Positions 1-11,504 of a stretch of DNA of 42,915 nt are shown in pieces (position 1 is the first letter of the stretch; each line of letters begins with the position of its first letter). The stretch lies in NCBI RefSeq assembly GCF_004010195.1, contig NC_057759.1:4268301-4311215 (forward strand), written 5' to 3'. Under the pieces are notes generated by a model, which did no database searches, was not told the DNA's origin, and worked only from the letters and a program-made list of their open reading frames with translations. The DNA is from Chiloscyllium plagiosum (Eukaryota). The position numbers were made by a program, and so were the translations under genes.

Positions 1-29
1 CTGTCATAGAATGACCTGATGTTGAGATT

Positions 30-128
30 TTTAACTTAAATGGGACTAGGTTGGATTAGGATATCTGCTCAGCACTAACAACTTGGACTAAAGGATCTGT
101 TTTTGTGCTGTATAACTATGACTCTCTG
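30..128 (+). mobile_element. CR1/HER1 LINE 3' UTR fragment
   Basis: Matches the LINE 3' ends elsewhere in the window (tgggactag...gatatctg...aaggatctgtttttgtgctgtat). Confidence 0.6.
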
Positions 129-1589
129 AAGACCGCAACTTGATATCATTATCCCCAGTTAGACTCTGCACTATCGGAGTTGCAAAGGTCCATTGCTTTT
201 ACCTCCTTGACTCTGAAGAACAGCACAGATAATTTCTGTGATGATGTGTTGTGGTTTCAGTTGCCTGTGAATCCTACAGATACAGTCAAAGAAAATAAGA
301 TGTTTCCCATTCACTTCTGGAAACATGAACTAAAAACTCTCTGCTTTGCTAACTGGTTGTCCACTTAACAGCAAGCATTTAAACTGCTCAGTAACACAAT
401 GCAGGAAGATTGAAGCAGATCAATCGAGTGTGGGCAACCTTCCTATATCATAACAACTGTTTCTTTCAAAAATGTTTTTTCTATATAAAATCAGTGGATG
501 TACTTCATTTCCAAGTTTTTCACTAGGCAATATGGCTCTAATTTGTTGACAGTCTGTCACATCTGAGCAGAGTTTTGAAGCCAAATCCAAAATCCCATTG
601 AATAGCACAGTCTGACAGGTCGATAGTAATTCCTAAGTACACAAATTGTACAAGTGATGGAAGAAACGAGATGAGTTCTGCACTCACAGAAGAGCAAACA
701 GTTGCAGACTGCAGCAGTCATTTTTCTTATTCACATCATGAAGGACTTGGAGGAAACTGATAATTTCTGGACAGAACAAAGAATGAAATGGTGCCAGTAC
801 ACAGTGGGTACAGAATTACTTGCAACATACAGGAATACTGTCAGGTTAATAGGTCTATAGGCAAAAATAGAAAAGCCATGACCTCAAAGATGTCACAGTT
901 GGGAGAACTAGTATTTCATTAAGCAAGTTACCCAGGACAGTGTGAGAGTGAAGGATGTCAGTCGCAGTGTCCAAGTCAACTTCTTACAGAATTAAAATGA
1001 TGGTATCAACTTGGTGAAAAAGTAAATTCTACTTGTTTATTAGAAAATATTGAACCTATTGAATGTTCACAATGAATTCCACTTAAGTAGGGAAAGAATA
1101 AAAATTCAGACTAATTATTCATCCAATTATCTCACCATGGTTTAAACTAGCTGTCTGACTCTCTGACTGTATGAAATTCATCTATCAATCTTTTTGTCCA
1201 ACCTGGAGGAATTAAATAGCAGGCCAAGTGCCAGATTGAAACAAATATTGCAATTTAATTTGTTTCCAAAAGGAGAAAACAGAACACATCTCAGACAAAA
1301 TGACTGAATAACACTTTGTTTTCAAATGGTCCAAAGGAAAATCAAACATTGACATGAAAAGGTACACTTTCAGATAGATACCCAGAGATTATTGGACACA
1401 GAATGAAAAAACTCTCATATTCAAAGTACACATTCAGACCAGAAACTGACCAATCCAGAAAATAACTTACAATCATAAACTGGGCCATCGAATAAAAGTT
1501 GTGGAAATTATCCAAACTGCTTTAGAGTGACAGAGACTGACAATGGTATAAAAAGTCTCACTTTCATTTACAGTACATAGAATTTCTCC

Positions 1590-2530
1590 AGTGCAGATAG
1601 AGGTCATTCGGCCCATCGGCCTGCAACAACTTGCCAAAGTGCATTCCACCTGGATATAGACTACACCCTCCCACCCATAACCACATCTTTGCCATAGTTA
1701 ACCCACCTAGTCTGAACATTGCTAAATATTACAGGGCAATTTAGCATGGCTAATCCAACTAACCTGCACATGTTTGGACTGTGGAAGGAAACTAGAGCAC
1801 CCAGAGGAAACTGTTTTGAAGATGTGGATGTACTGTACCTTTAAGAAAGTTACTAGCCAATCGAACTATCGGACATCACCAAGTGTTCCGAAAAAAAAGT
1901 AACATTTGGTCGAACAACCCAAGTAGCTGTTTGCCTGGAGACAAAAACATTTGAATTCAACCAATTAGTTTAAATTAAATACAGAAAATATCAAATTCCA
2001 ATCCAGTTTAAATTGAGTATATTGACAATCTTAAAAGCCAGTGATACAGTCCGATGCTCCGGAGGTATAAGACCAGGGAAAATTGAACAATTGGGAGGAG
2101 AATTGCCAAGCCATCAGCATGTAAAAAGACTGCCTGAAAAATAGCTCTCCTTAAGGTACCTTTATCAATCAATAAGGTGTGTAGCACAATCTCCAAGAAG
2201 AACATAAGACAGGAATACAGAAAAGAACTGAAAGCTGTCTGGTTTTGAGAAAAGAAGTTTTGTTTTGTAAATCTTAATCAGGAGTTCTATTGTACTAGTA
2301 TTATAGAAGATAAGTTAGAGGAATGAGTTGTACATAGTTGTTAGTTAATCACACTCTGTTATACTTTAATAAATAAAGTGTTAATCTTTACTTTAACTAG
2401 TTCTTGGCCTATCATTCTTCCACAGATTACTGCATGGGATAAATCTTTTCTGTGTTGCTAGTTTTAAATTAGCGAAGGGATTTAGCCCGTGCCATAACAA
2501 AACCAATGCAGACATGGGGAGCATGTCAAA
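1590..2530 (-). mobile_element. Old HE1 V-SINE split by a solo LTR
   Basis: V-SINE core (gggcaatttagcatggc...tggactgtgg...gagcacccagaggaaac) resumes at ~2504 (caatgcagacatgggg). Confidence 0.75.
1812..2499 (+). mobile_element. Solo LTR (Gypsy-type) with 4-bp TSD
   Basis: Starts TGTTTTG and ends CATAACA (imperfect terminal inverted repeat). AAAC duplicated at 1808-1811 and 2500-2503. Internal TATA-like and AATAAA signals. Confidence 0.85.
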
Positions 2531-2830
2531 GTGCAATGTGCACAATGAGCGAAGGCTAGTATTGAAAGTGGGTCTCTGGCACCAGTGTGCCACCATGCTA
2601 CCCGGACATGGATGGCAATAGATTAAAAACTTATTCATGTTGAGCAACAGAGATTTGCTTCCCTTCCTTTTTTATACAGCCCGGCCTGACTGAATAAGAG
2701 CTGACAGAGATTGAGAGGTGGGTCCGCAGAGGAAACTGAGTTGACGGACTGAGCAAGGAAATGGCTTTGATCATCCAGCTCCGCCACCAGCTCACTCCAC
2801 CCCCAACTATATCTGGGACTGAACCTTTTC

Positions 2831-3063
2831 TCCCCAAAGCTGACAGTTCCTGAGTAGATGAGCGCATGCGTGAGGCCCTCCCCCAGCGCTGCCATTGAGG
2901 AGCATTTACTCAGTGAGTGCAAGAGGTTTGTTTGAAACAGACCGCAATGGAGAGATCAGCGCCCAGGGAAGCGAGGGAACAGCAGGCTCCTTTCAGCAGC
3001 ACATCGGGATGGGAGCCTGGGACACAGAGGGGGCTCCGAGACCGGGATTGATTCGGGGTGAGT
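2831..3063 (+). promoter_or_regulatory. Putative promoter/first exon module, copy 1
   Basis: NRF1-type GCGCATGCGT 2862-2871, GC-rich segment, donor GTGAGT 3058-3063. Near-identical to 35761-35991. Confidence 0.55.
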
Positions 3064-3574
3064 TCAGGGAGAACCGGGGGCTGTTTGTAAGAGCAGGAAC
3101 TGGTCCCGGAACTTGGATTGAGCGGGCTGGGGGGAAGAGAGAGGCCTTTCTCGGGCTGTGTGTGGGCCTGCTGAGGGAGGCAGAGCGGGAAGAAGCTGCT
3201 GAGGGACATTCTTGGAGGTTTTAATCATCTCAACCTTGTTGAAATTTCATTCTGCTTCCCATTGTTTGTTGAAAGTGTGCCATCAATAGTGGAACCGCAG
3301 ACCGACTGAAGGAATGGGAAAAGACAAACATATGGTTCTTGGGAAAAAAAAATTAGATATCACGTCGTTTTCCCTCTCTCCAACAGGTAGTATGTTGAGA
3401 GTTGGATATTGAACTGTATTAGCATCCCGGTGGTGAGTAGTCCCATTCATGGAGCTGTGCAGTTGTTGCTCCATTTCTAGGTCTCACTCAATTGGTATCG
3501 AATCATATGAAAAAACAAACACAATCTCCAGACAAGGTGCAGCGCGGCACAATTCCTGTCCTGTTGGAGAGCAC

Positions 3575-3873
3575 AAGGAATCATTGAGTCATAGAGAGGT
3601 ACAGCATGAACACAGACCTTGAGATCCAACTCGTCCACGCTGATCAGGTATCCTAACCAAATCTCGTCCCATTTGCCAACACATGGCCCATGTCCATCTA
3701 AACCGTTCCTATTCATATACATATCCAGATGACTTTTAAATGTTGCAATTGTAACAGTCTCCACCACTTCTCCATGGCCCTTGTGATTTTACGAACCTCT
3801 ATAAAAGGTCCCTCTCCAGGGAAAGCAGATCCAACCTATTCAGCCTCTCCCTATAGCTCAAATCCTCCAACCT
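3575..3873 (-). mobile_element. CR1/HER1 LINE 3' end, internally deleted
   Basis: Minus ORF MVETVTIATFKSHLDMYMNR is the CR1 ORF2 C-terminus, followed by 3' UTR. Confidence 0.8.
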
Positions 3874-3989
3874 GGATGAAACACATTTACATGGAGTTTA
3901 TCTGTGACTGAGGAAGACAGAATTAATCCTTTACTGAATAATTCTCAGACAGAGAGATGACAATTAAATGTGAATTCCAATCAATCTGT

Positions 3990-6465
3990 GCAAAAGTCTG
4001 AGTTTTTCTCACTCCAAAATGACCTCCTCGTGGGAGCTCATGTGCTATTCGACACTTCCCTCTATAACCCACTGGCAATACAACTCGATAAACTTCTGCA
4101 TATTTCTCATCAGCCTGAACATGTGATGGTCTCCATTTCCTCATTAAGACATCATTTTTAAAGATGCAGGGACAGATTCACATTCTTCTGTGTATGCCTT
4201 TTGATACATATTTGCTTAAGATTTAAGCTAAACACGTCTGCTTTATCATCTGTCTCTTCCCGGTTTGTCCCAACCATCTGATCTGATAAGGTCTCTGCTA
4301 ATTTCACTTCAACTTTCTTATCTGTACTCTTTGATCTTTTCTGTTTCAACTGGTGACTGTGACTTTATCACCACACAGTCAGGAATAATCCCAGGATATA
4401 TGTCCAGCAATAATTCAGTTGCCTGAGTTTCCATTGGCTTTTCAACAACAGTAGCCAGCACTCCTACCGGTGATTCAACAATATCAAGGATAAGTTGTGG
4501 TTGACGCTGAGAGTTTGTCCAATGCTCCAACCACAACTTCTCCACTCTTCACTGGACACTCTAATCTCACTTCTCACAATTCAGTGTTTCTTGTCTCAAC
4601 ATGAATTCCTGTTACTAGAACCTTTTTCTGGCAATAGTCCTTCAGAGGTGCATATCTCCTCATCTTTCACTATCACAGATTTAGACGATCTTTAAATCTC
4701 TTATTATTGTAACCACTTTGCCTGCTCTTCCTGGCCTATGTGAGTAAACTTTACCTTCAGAGGTGGATGGTGCAATAGTCCTTCACAGGTGCTAGATTTT
4801 GCTAGATCTTCTTACCCTAAGAAAATCTAGCACCTCCAACCAGCTTGTACATTCTGGTGCAGGTTTTGAACCTCCATTGTACTTTCTGTTATCACTCCAA
4901 CAAAATTCACTGCCTTATCCTGTTTCCTACATTTGGGGGGCTTCCCAGTGTTTTTCCTAACCACCAACACTGACTTATGTAGCCTACTGTCGTGCAGCGA
5001 AAACACCAGAGCTTTTTAACTTTTCTTTCCCCTTCAAGGGTTTCCTTTTTACCCTGTGGTAAGTCATCCTTATGATCTTCACCGAGATCTATTCCTTTCC
5101 ATGTGAGGATTTTTCTTGTCCTCAACTTATATCCCTCATGGATTGAAATTGGTTTTGGAAGCCAAACTTTGACTTATGGACCAACTCATATCCATCAGCC
5201 ATTTCAGCTGCCAATCTTGTCGTTTTTGCTCTCTGCTCTTCCACATGAGTTTTCACTAATTCAGGAAGTGCCAAATTCCAAAGTTCAAACTCCCTCTCTT
5301 TCTTCCTTTCCCTGCTCTCCTTTTCTCTCTCTGTCCTCACGCTGTTTTCTGTATTTAATCATAATTCAAAAGAATTAATTTCTGTCGCCCTTTCCTTGTG
5401 TTCTGCCTCTAACTCAAGTTGCTGAATTTTCCATTGAATGTTAGCCATCTTTGAAGATTCTGATGGTGTTTCCAACAAATTTAAATGCTGAGCTACTGCT
5501 GTAATTATCCCTCCTTTCCTCATGGAAGGACACAGCCTCAATCCCAGCTTGTCTGCTATTTACAGCAGCTCACCCTTAATCACCTTTTGTAAAAGGCCCA
5601 AAATCACTTCTTCCACCCCCACAGAAAACTCTTGTTCACTGAAAGAGTCATTGCCTCCCCAAACACTGTTTAAACCAACTGAATTCAAAGCCCAGAACAA
5701 AAGACACTAACGCCTACCACTCGCTGCCTTAGAGTCCAACGACCCTAATCCCAAGTCTGAACTACAGAACAAATCCTGCAAAGAACCCCCTAACTGGTAA
5801 GGACCATGCCAGATCCCCTAATAACTTTTCAAGTAGCCTGCACCCTAACTTTGCTAGTTGTTTTAAGCAGGTGTAACGCGAATATTCCAGAAGCGATGTT
5901 GCTGGTCAAACCATGTTGTTTTAAACTAAACAGAATTGATTTACAAGATTATCAAATGAAACACAAACAAATGCTCCTATGTCTTATAAGACAATAGAAT
6001 GCTAAATATGTTAACCTATCCAAAAACCCAACAGTTTATACGAACTTAACAATATTGTTCCCAATACTTGCAACAATCCCCACAAACACCCTTTGGCACA
6101 AAAAGGTAAAACCAACACAGGGTCTTACAGGAGAGATGTCAGAGAGAGAGAGGGTACCAGCATGGACCTGCGTCTTTGGGTTCAACAGCTTTTTCAATTA
6201 CCTGACCGCTTTCAGTCAACAGCAAATCAAACCAGAGAAAAGCTGAGCTGGGAAAACTGGGCCACTCCCCTTTCATTTTACAAGTGTTCTTTTTCAAAAT
6301 TTGGAAGCATTTTGCCTGAGGCATTACCTGTTAGCTATAATCAAAATGGTCCTAAAACCATCAAGTCAGACTTTTTGGAGCCTGTGTCTTTTACAAGATT
6401 CTTAAAGGAGCAGAAACATCACAGCAAACTGGTCCAAAAAGTAAAAGGTGTGGGATACGTGGTAA
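3990..6465 (-). mobile_element. Degenerate Gmr1-like Gypsy LTR retrotransposon (5' LTR, gag with SCAN-like and zinc-knuckle remnants, protease region, integrase N-terminus)
   Basis: LTR ~5795-6465; decayed tRNA-Pro-like PBS ~5771-5792. Fragments LPELVKTHVEEQRAKTTRLAAEMADGY, WCFRCTTVGYISQCW, IIPDCVVIKSQ and AHELPRGGHFGVRKT (integrase HH zinc motif). Confidence 0.8.
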
Positions 6466-6819
6466 TGTAGAGAATTGGATGCAAAGTTGGCTTAGTAACA
6501 GGAAACAAATGGTAATCGTTGATGGCTGCTCTTGTTAATGGAACGTTGCTTCAAGTGGTGCTCTGCATGGCTCAGTGTTGGGACCTCTGCTGTTTGTTTT
6601 TTACATTAGTGATTTGGACTTGAATGTGGTGGGGAGATTTGTGAAATTTACAGATGACACCAAAATTGGCCACATCATGGATAATGTAGAGGATAGCTGT
6701 AAGCTCCAAAACTATCATAGATGGTTTGGTGGAGTGGGCAGAAAAGTGGCAGATGGAGTTCAGCTCTGATAAGTGTGAGGGAATGTATTTTGTGAAGTCA
6801 AACAGTAAATGGGAATAGA

Positions 6820-7044
6820 GATGGAAATGTGTTGCTGGAAAAGCGCAGCAGGTCAGGCAGCATCTAGGGAACAGGAGAATCGACGTTTCGGGCATTAGCC
6901 CTTCTTCAGGAATGGTTCCTGAAGAAGGGCTAATGCCCGAAACGTCGATTCTCCTGTTCCCTAGATGCTGCCTGACCTGCTGCGCTTTTCCAGCAACACA
7001 TTTCCATCTCTGATCTCCAGCATCTGCAGACCTCACTTTCTCCT
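6820..7044. mobile_element. Non-autonomous Penelope-like pLTR insertion, head-to-head palindrome, 17-bp TSD
   Basis: TSD CAGTAAATGGGAATAGA at 6803-6819 and 7045-7061. Perfect arms 6817-6912 and 6916-7011. Homologous to the Penelope terminal sequence at 40502-40660. Confidence 0.88.
6919..6946 (+). ncRNA. Minimal hammerhead ribozyme motif (mirror copy on minus strand at 6882-6909)
   Basis: CTGAAGA-A-GGGC(TAAT)GCCC-GAAA-CGTC: catalytic boxes, stem II, palindromic ACGU and a GUC site. Confidence 0.65.
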
Positions 7045-7787
7045 CAGTAAATGGGAATAGACAATAAATGGGAATATACTGAGAGATCTCGGTATGCAAG
7101 TACACAGGTCCCTAAAAGCAGATGGGGATGTAAAGAAGGCACGCACAATGCTCTCCTTCGTAGGAAGAGGGATGGAATACAAAAGTAGGGATGTAATAAT
7201 GAAACTGTACAAGGCACTGCTGGCTACAACTGGAGTATTGTGTGCAGTCGGGTCCCTATATCGCAGGAAGGACGTCATTGCTCTGGACAGAATGCAGAGG
7301 AGATTTACGAGAATGTTGCCAGGTATAAACAAGGACTGCAGATGCTGGAAACCAGATTCTAGGTTTACATAAAACACCGCATGTTCTTAATTAGACAGAC
7401 AGTGGAAAGGCAATAATTTGTAAGGCAGAGACATTAATTAACCAGTCTGTGTGCGCTTAACTGATCACTCCTGTGGGCCCTCAACCATCCATCGGGGGGG
7501 GGGGGGAAAATAGATCCAGCCGAGTCAGGCGCCTGTTGGTGAGGTAAGTCCCTATCATAAAGAGGTATCAGTCTAAACTAAGTGGGAGAGGTCATAAGGT
7601 AACTTGCACAGCTTGCATGTCATATATCATTGCTTTACAAAATGGCATCTTAGCGAGGAGGGCAAGCTTTGACCATAAAATGGCTTTGTGACAGATTGTG
7701 TCAGAATCTTTTCAATGTTAGGTTTAGAATAATTTTTACATAATTATTCTGTACCTGAGGCTGAAAGGTTAAATTTTAAATGATTCA

Positions 7788-8034
7788 TTAGATTACTTAC
7801 AGTGTGGAAACAGGCCCTTCGGCCCAACAAGTCCACATCGACCTGCCGATGCGTAACCCACCCATTCCCCAACATTTACCTAACACTACGGGCAATTCAC
7901 CTGACCTGCACATCTTTGGACTGTGGGAGGAAACCCGAGCACACACACACAGTCAGTCGCCTGAGTCGGGAATTGAACGCGGGCCTCTGATGCTGTGAGG
8001 CAGCAGTGCTAACCACTGTGCCACCGTGCCGCCC
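7788..8034 (-). mobile_element. HE1 V-SINE with internal deletions
   Basis: tRNA-derived head GGGCGGCACGGTGGCACAGTGGTTAGCACTGCTGCCTCAC on minus strand, V core and LINE-derived tail. Confidence 0.9.
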
Positions 8035-8262
8035 TATTAGCCTTGAATTAACATGCTTTCTTTTCATAGTTGTGGGTCAAATTCAAAGAAGACATAAGAT
8101 ACGACGAGTTAGAATTGACAGTGGGGCAGTCATGGTGTATAAGAACACCAAGTAAGTTAAAGCTTCATCAATATTACATTTTAGAGTTTGTATTTCATAA
8201 TCAGCGATGGCTACTCAATCATCATAAAGTACGAAAAAGGAAATAAATTCAAAACATTCATA

Positions 8263-8263
<1 letters not shown>

Positions 8264-8303
<40 letters not shown>
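8264..8303. repeat. (CA)20 microsatellite
   Basis: Direct read. Confidence 0.95.
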
Positions 8304-8305
<2 letters not shown>

Positions 8306-8649
8306 AAGTATGCATTATAATTGATAGGACCTGACCGTTTATTACAAGCCTTTTGATATGATTCTGAGATGATACAAAGTTTCCGAGATACAATCAAACA
8401 CTGTCATTAATTTTACAAGTTAACAACAGTGAATGTTATCACTCTGTGTGCCTTTTACACAGATTCATTGATGTTAAGGCAAATGTTCTTAATTGCTTTA
8501 GAGCATCCTGTTATCACAGATGTTCTTTATCTTCTGCACATCCGAGGTCCCCCTTTTTGTGGCCTGATGCCTCCCTGCCTGCCCTGTTTATTTTCTTGTG
8601 TTCTATAATTCAAAATTACATTTCGACTAAGTATTTAAGGACAAGCTTT

Positions 8650-8820
8650 AAGGCTTTCTCATTATACCCACCCAGATGCCTTTTAAATGTTGTAATTGTA
8701 CCAGGCTCCACCACTTCTCCATGCGCCTTATGATTTTATAAACTTCTATAAGGTCACTCTCCATGGAATACAGTTCGAGCCTATTCGTCCTTTGCCTATA
8801 GCTCAAATTCTCCAACCGAG
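8650..8820 (-). mobile_element. CR1 3' fragment paralogous to 3700-3873
   Basis: Shares the same internal deletion junction (ccacttctccatg). Confidence 0.72.
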
Positions 8821-8944
8821 ATGTAACATGTAAATACATGGAGTTTATCTGTGACTGAGAAGGACAGGATTCATCTTTTACTGAATAGTTGTCACATACA
8901 GAGATGACAATTAAATAATATGAATTTCAAGCACACAATCTATG

Positions 8945-10275
8945 CAGGTACCTCATGGGCTACTCGCAACACGTCCTTTCTATAACCCACTGGCAATACA
9001 ACTTGATAAACTTCTGCCCATTTCTCATCTGCCTGAATATGTGATGTTCTCCACTTCCTCATTAAGACATCATTTTTAAGATAATAATAATCAGGGATAC
9101 ATTTGGATTCGTTGTGTGTATGCCTTTTGATACAATTGCTTTAAATTTTCATCTTTCTGCTGTAGCTCAGTTAACTTACCTGAGGTAAGGATGTCTGCTT
9201 TGTCGTCTATCTGTTCCTGGTTTGTCTCAACTATCTGATCAAACATGGCCTCTGTTAATTTCCCTTCAACTTTCTTATCTGTACTCTTTGATCTTTCCTG
9301 TTTCAACTGGTGACTTTGTGACCTTGTTACCACACAGTCAGGAAATATTCCAGGATGTGTGTCCTGCAATAGTGCAGATGCTGGAATTTCCATTGACCTT
9401 TCAACCACAGTCGGCATCACTCCTACCGGTGAATTAGCAACATCATTAGCAACGATAAATTGTATTCCTGGAGCTGAAAGTTTGTCCAGTGCTCCCACTA
9501 TGACTTCTCCCCTCTTCACTGGACACCCTAATCTCACTTCTGACAATTGAGCATTTCTTGTCTCAATGTGAATTCCCGTTACTCGTACCTTTTCTGGCAA
9601 TAGTCCTTAGAAGTACATATATCTTTTAGCATCACAGATTGAGTGAATGTGTGTGAATATTGTCACACAGATACAGATATGTGTGAATATTGTCACCTCT
9701 TTATCTGCTGCTCATGACCTACGTGAGTAAACTTTACCTTCACGGTGTATGGTTTAAGAAGATCTGGTACTTCCTCCATAAACAACCTCCAACCAGCTTG
9801 TACTTTCTGGTGCAGCTTTCTAATTTCCACAGTGCTCTCTGTTACCACTCCAACAAAATTCACTGGCTTTTCCTGTTTTCTTACGTCTGACTTCTCAGTG
9901 CTTTCCCTAACCCACCAACACTGATTTCATGTGCCCTACTTTATTGAAAACATCAGAGCTTTTTCACTTCTCTTTCCCCTAGAAGGGCTTCCTTTTTACC
10001 CGATAGTAAATCATCCTTATGATCTTCACACAGATCTACTTTTTATTTTCCATGTGAGAATTTATCTTATCCACAATTATTATCCCTCATGGATTGAAAT
10101 TGATTTTGGCAGGCCAATTTTGATTTATTGCTCAACTCAATCATCAGCCATTTCTGATGCCAGTCTTGCTGTTTTAACTCTCTGCTCTTCCACATGAGTT
10201 CTCATTAATTCAGGAAGCAAATTTTTGAACTCCTGTCAAAGTGTCAATTTCTAAAGTTCAAACTCCCCCTTTCAC
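8945..10275 (-). mobile_element. Second copy of the Gypsy gag-pro-IN remnant
   Basis: ORF 9091-9600 (GIFPDCVVTRSQ...QQKDENLKQLY) is collinear and homologous with 4000-5295. Confidence 0.82.
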
Positions 10276-10277
10276 AT

Positions 10278-10412
10278 ACCACCAGTGGTTTATCCGGAGG
10301 CTCACTGATGATGGTACCTAGTATGGTGACAAAGCATCTGAAAACGAACCTTCCAGCTAAGCAAGAAAACCTAGATCCAGAACCTCAACCTGAGCTACAA
10401 CTCTTCTCAAAC
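10278..10412 (+). mobile_element. Penelope-like terminal fragment of a third family with decayed hammerhead
   Basis: CTGATGA (10305-10311), stem GTACC..GGTGAC, mutated GAAA box. Confidence 0.5.
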
Positions 10413-10584
10413 TTTTATAGACTTCTATTAAGTCTGCCCTCTGTCTCTGCTGCTCAGAAGAAAACTACTTGGGCTTTTCTAGCTTCTCTTTATTGCTCAT
10501 ACCCGCTAGACAACATTCTGGCAAACCTCTTCTGCACCCTCTCTAAATCCTCCACGTACTTCCTGTAATGTGCCGACCACAATT

Positions 10585-11318
10585 GAAAAATTACACAACA
10601 CCAGATTATAGTCCAGCAGGTTCATTTGGAAGTACTAGCTTTCAGAGCGCTGCTCCTTCATCAGGTAGCTGTGAAACAGGATCAAGAGACACAGAATCTA
10701 TCGCAAAAGATTATAGTGTCATGCAACCGATATTTTGAAGAAACCTAGATTGCTGTTAGAATGGGTTGCAAGTCACAGTTCATTAATGTATACATCTTTT
10801 AAGTCACATTCTCAAGATGACTTCAGGTTTTATTTAAAAATGGGTGACACATCAGCTCAGGTGAAGTATTAAAGGTGTGAGGTTAGAGTCTGTCTTGAGT
10901 CACACTGGTTCTATTGCCAAAGTAGGAATATATAAAATATTGCATGAATTGACTGCCTGCAGATGGTGCCCTTTTTTAGCAAAATAGAATGTATCTGCAA
11001 ATATAATTCTGCAAATGCAAATTCACCTCATAGACTTGTGAGTGTGAGAGAGAGTGTGTGTGTGTATGTATGGAGTGTGAGTACATATGCGAATGTGTGT
11101 GTGCACGCTTGATAAAGTTTGTGTATATGAGTGTGATGGTGTTAGCCTGTGAGAGGGTGTGTGCATAAGTGTGAGTGTGGGGGGTGTATTTATGAGGGGA
11201 AGTGTGTGGATGAGAGAAGGTCTGCATGAGTGTGTGCGTGTGTGTGAGTGAGAGAGTGCGTAGTGTGACAGGAACCCAAGGTTCCGATTTGAGGCTGTCC
11301 TCATGGGTTCTGAACTTC
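10585..11318 (-). mobile_element. Penelope-like element 3' end: endonuclease C-terminus, (AC)-rich spacer, pLTR with hammerhead
   Basis: KFRTHEDSL / NRNLGFLSHY is the end of the GIY-YIG region. Minus-strand CTGATGA-A-GGAGC(AGC)GCTCT-GAAA-GCTA near 10636-10665. Confidence 0.78.
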
Positions 11319-11504
11319 ACTAAGGATACTTTTCACATTACAATAGAGGTTAACAAATAGCCGATGCTGTTAGTTTGAACAACCATATATTAAGTAGATA
11401 GTGAGTACAAATATTGAAGGAAACATTTCAGGTATCAGTAACTGAGATGGACAGAATTGATGTTTTGTCACAAAACTAAGCATGACCCTAACCAAAATCC
11501 TTTA

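Larger units (their letters stand above)
6466..7322 (+). mobile_element. CR1 LINE RT fragment interrupted by a Penelope-derived palindrome
   Basis: LGPLLFVFYISDLD...KFTDDTKIG and ALDRMQRRFTRMLPG. Confidence 0.88.

Noticed and set aside
420..608. 62-aa minus-strand ORF
   Set aside because: No recognisable motif; within chance length.
4770..4834. Small duplication plus 13-bp inverted repeat in the Gypsy remnant
   Set aside because: Local repair scar absent from the paralogous copy; no sign of function.
7990..8034. tRNA-like A/B box sequences here and at other HE1 heads
   Set aside because: They are SINE heads continuous with the V core, not tRNA genes.
8540..8565. Minus-strand AAAAAGGGGG as a retroviral polypurine tract
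   Set aside because: Not directly followed by TG and no matching LTR or env sequence was identified.
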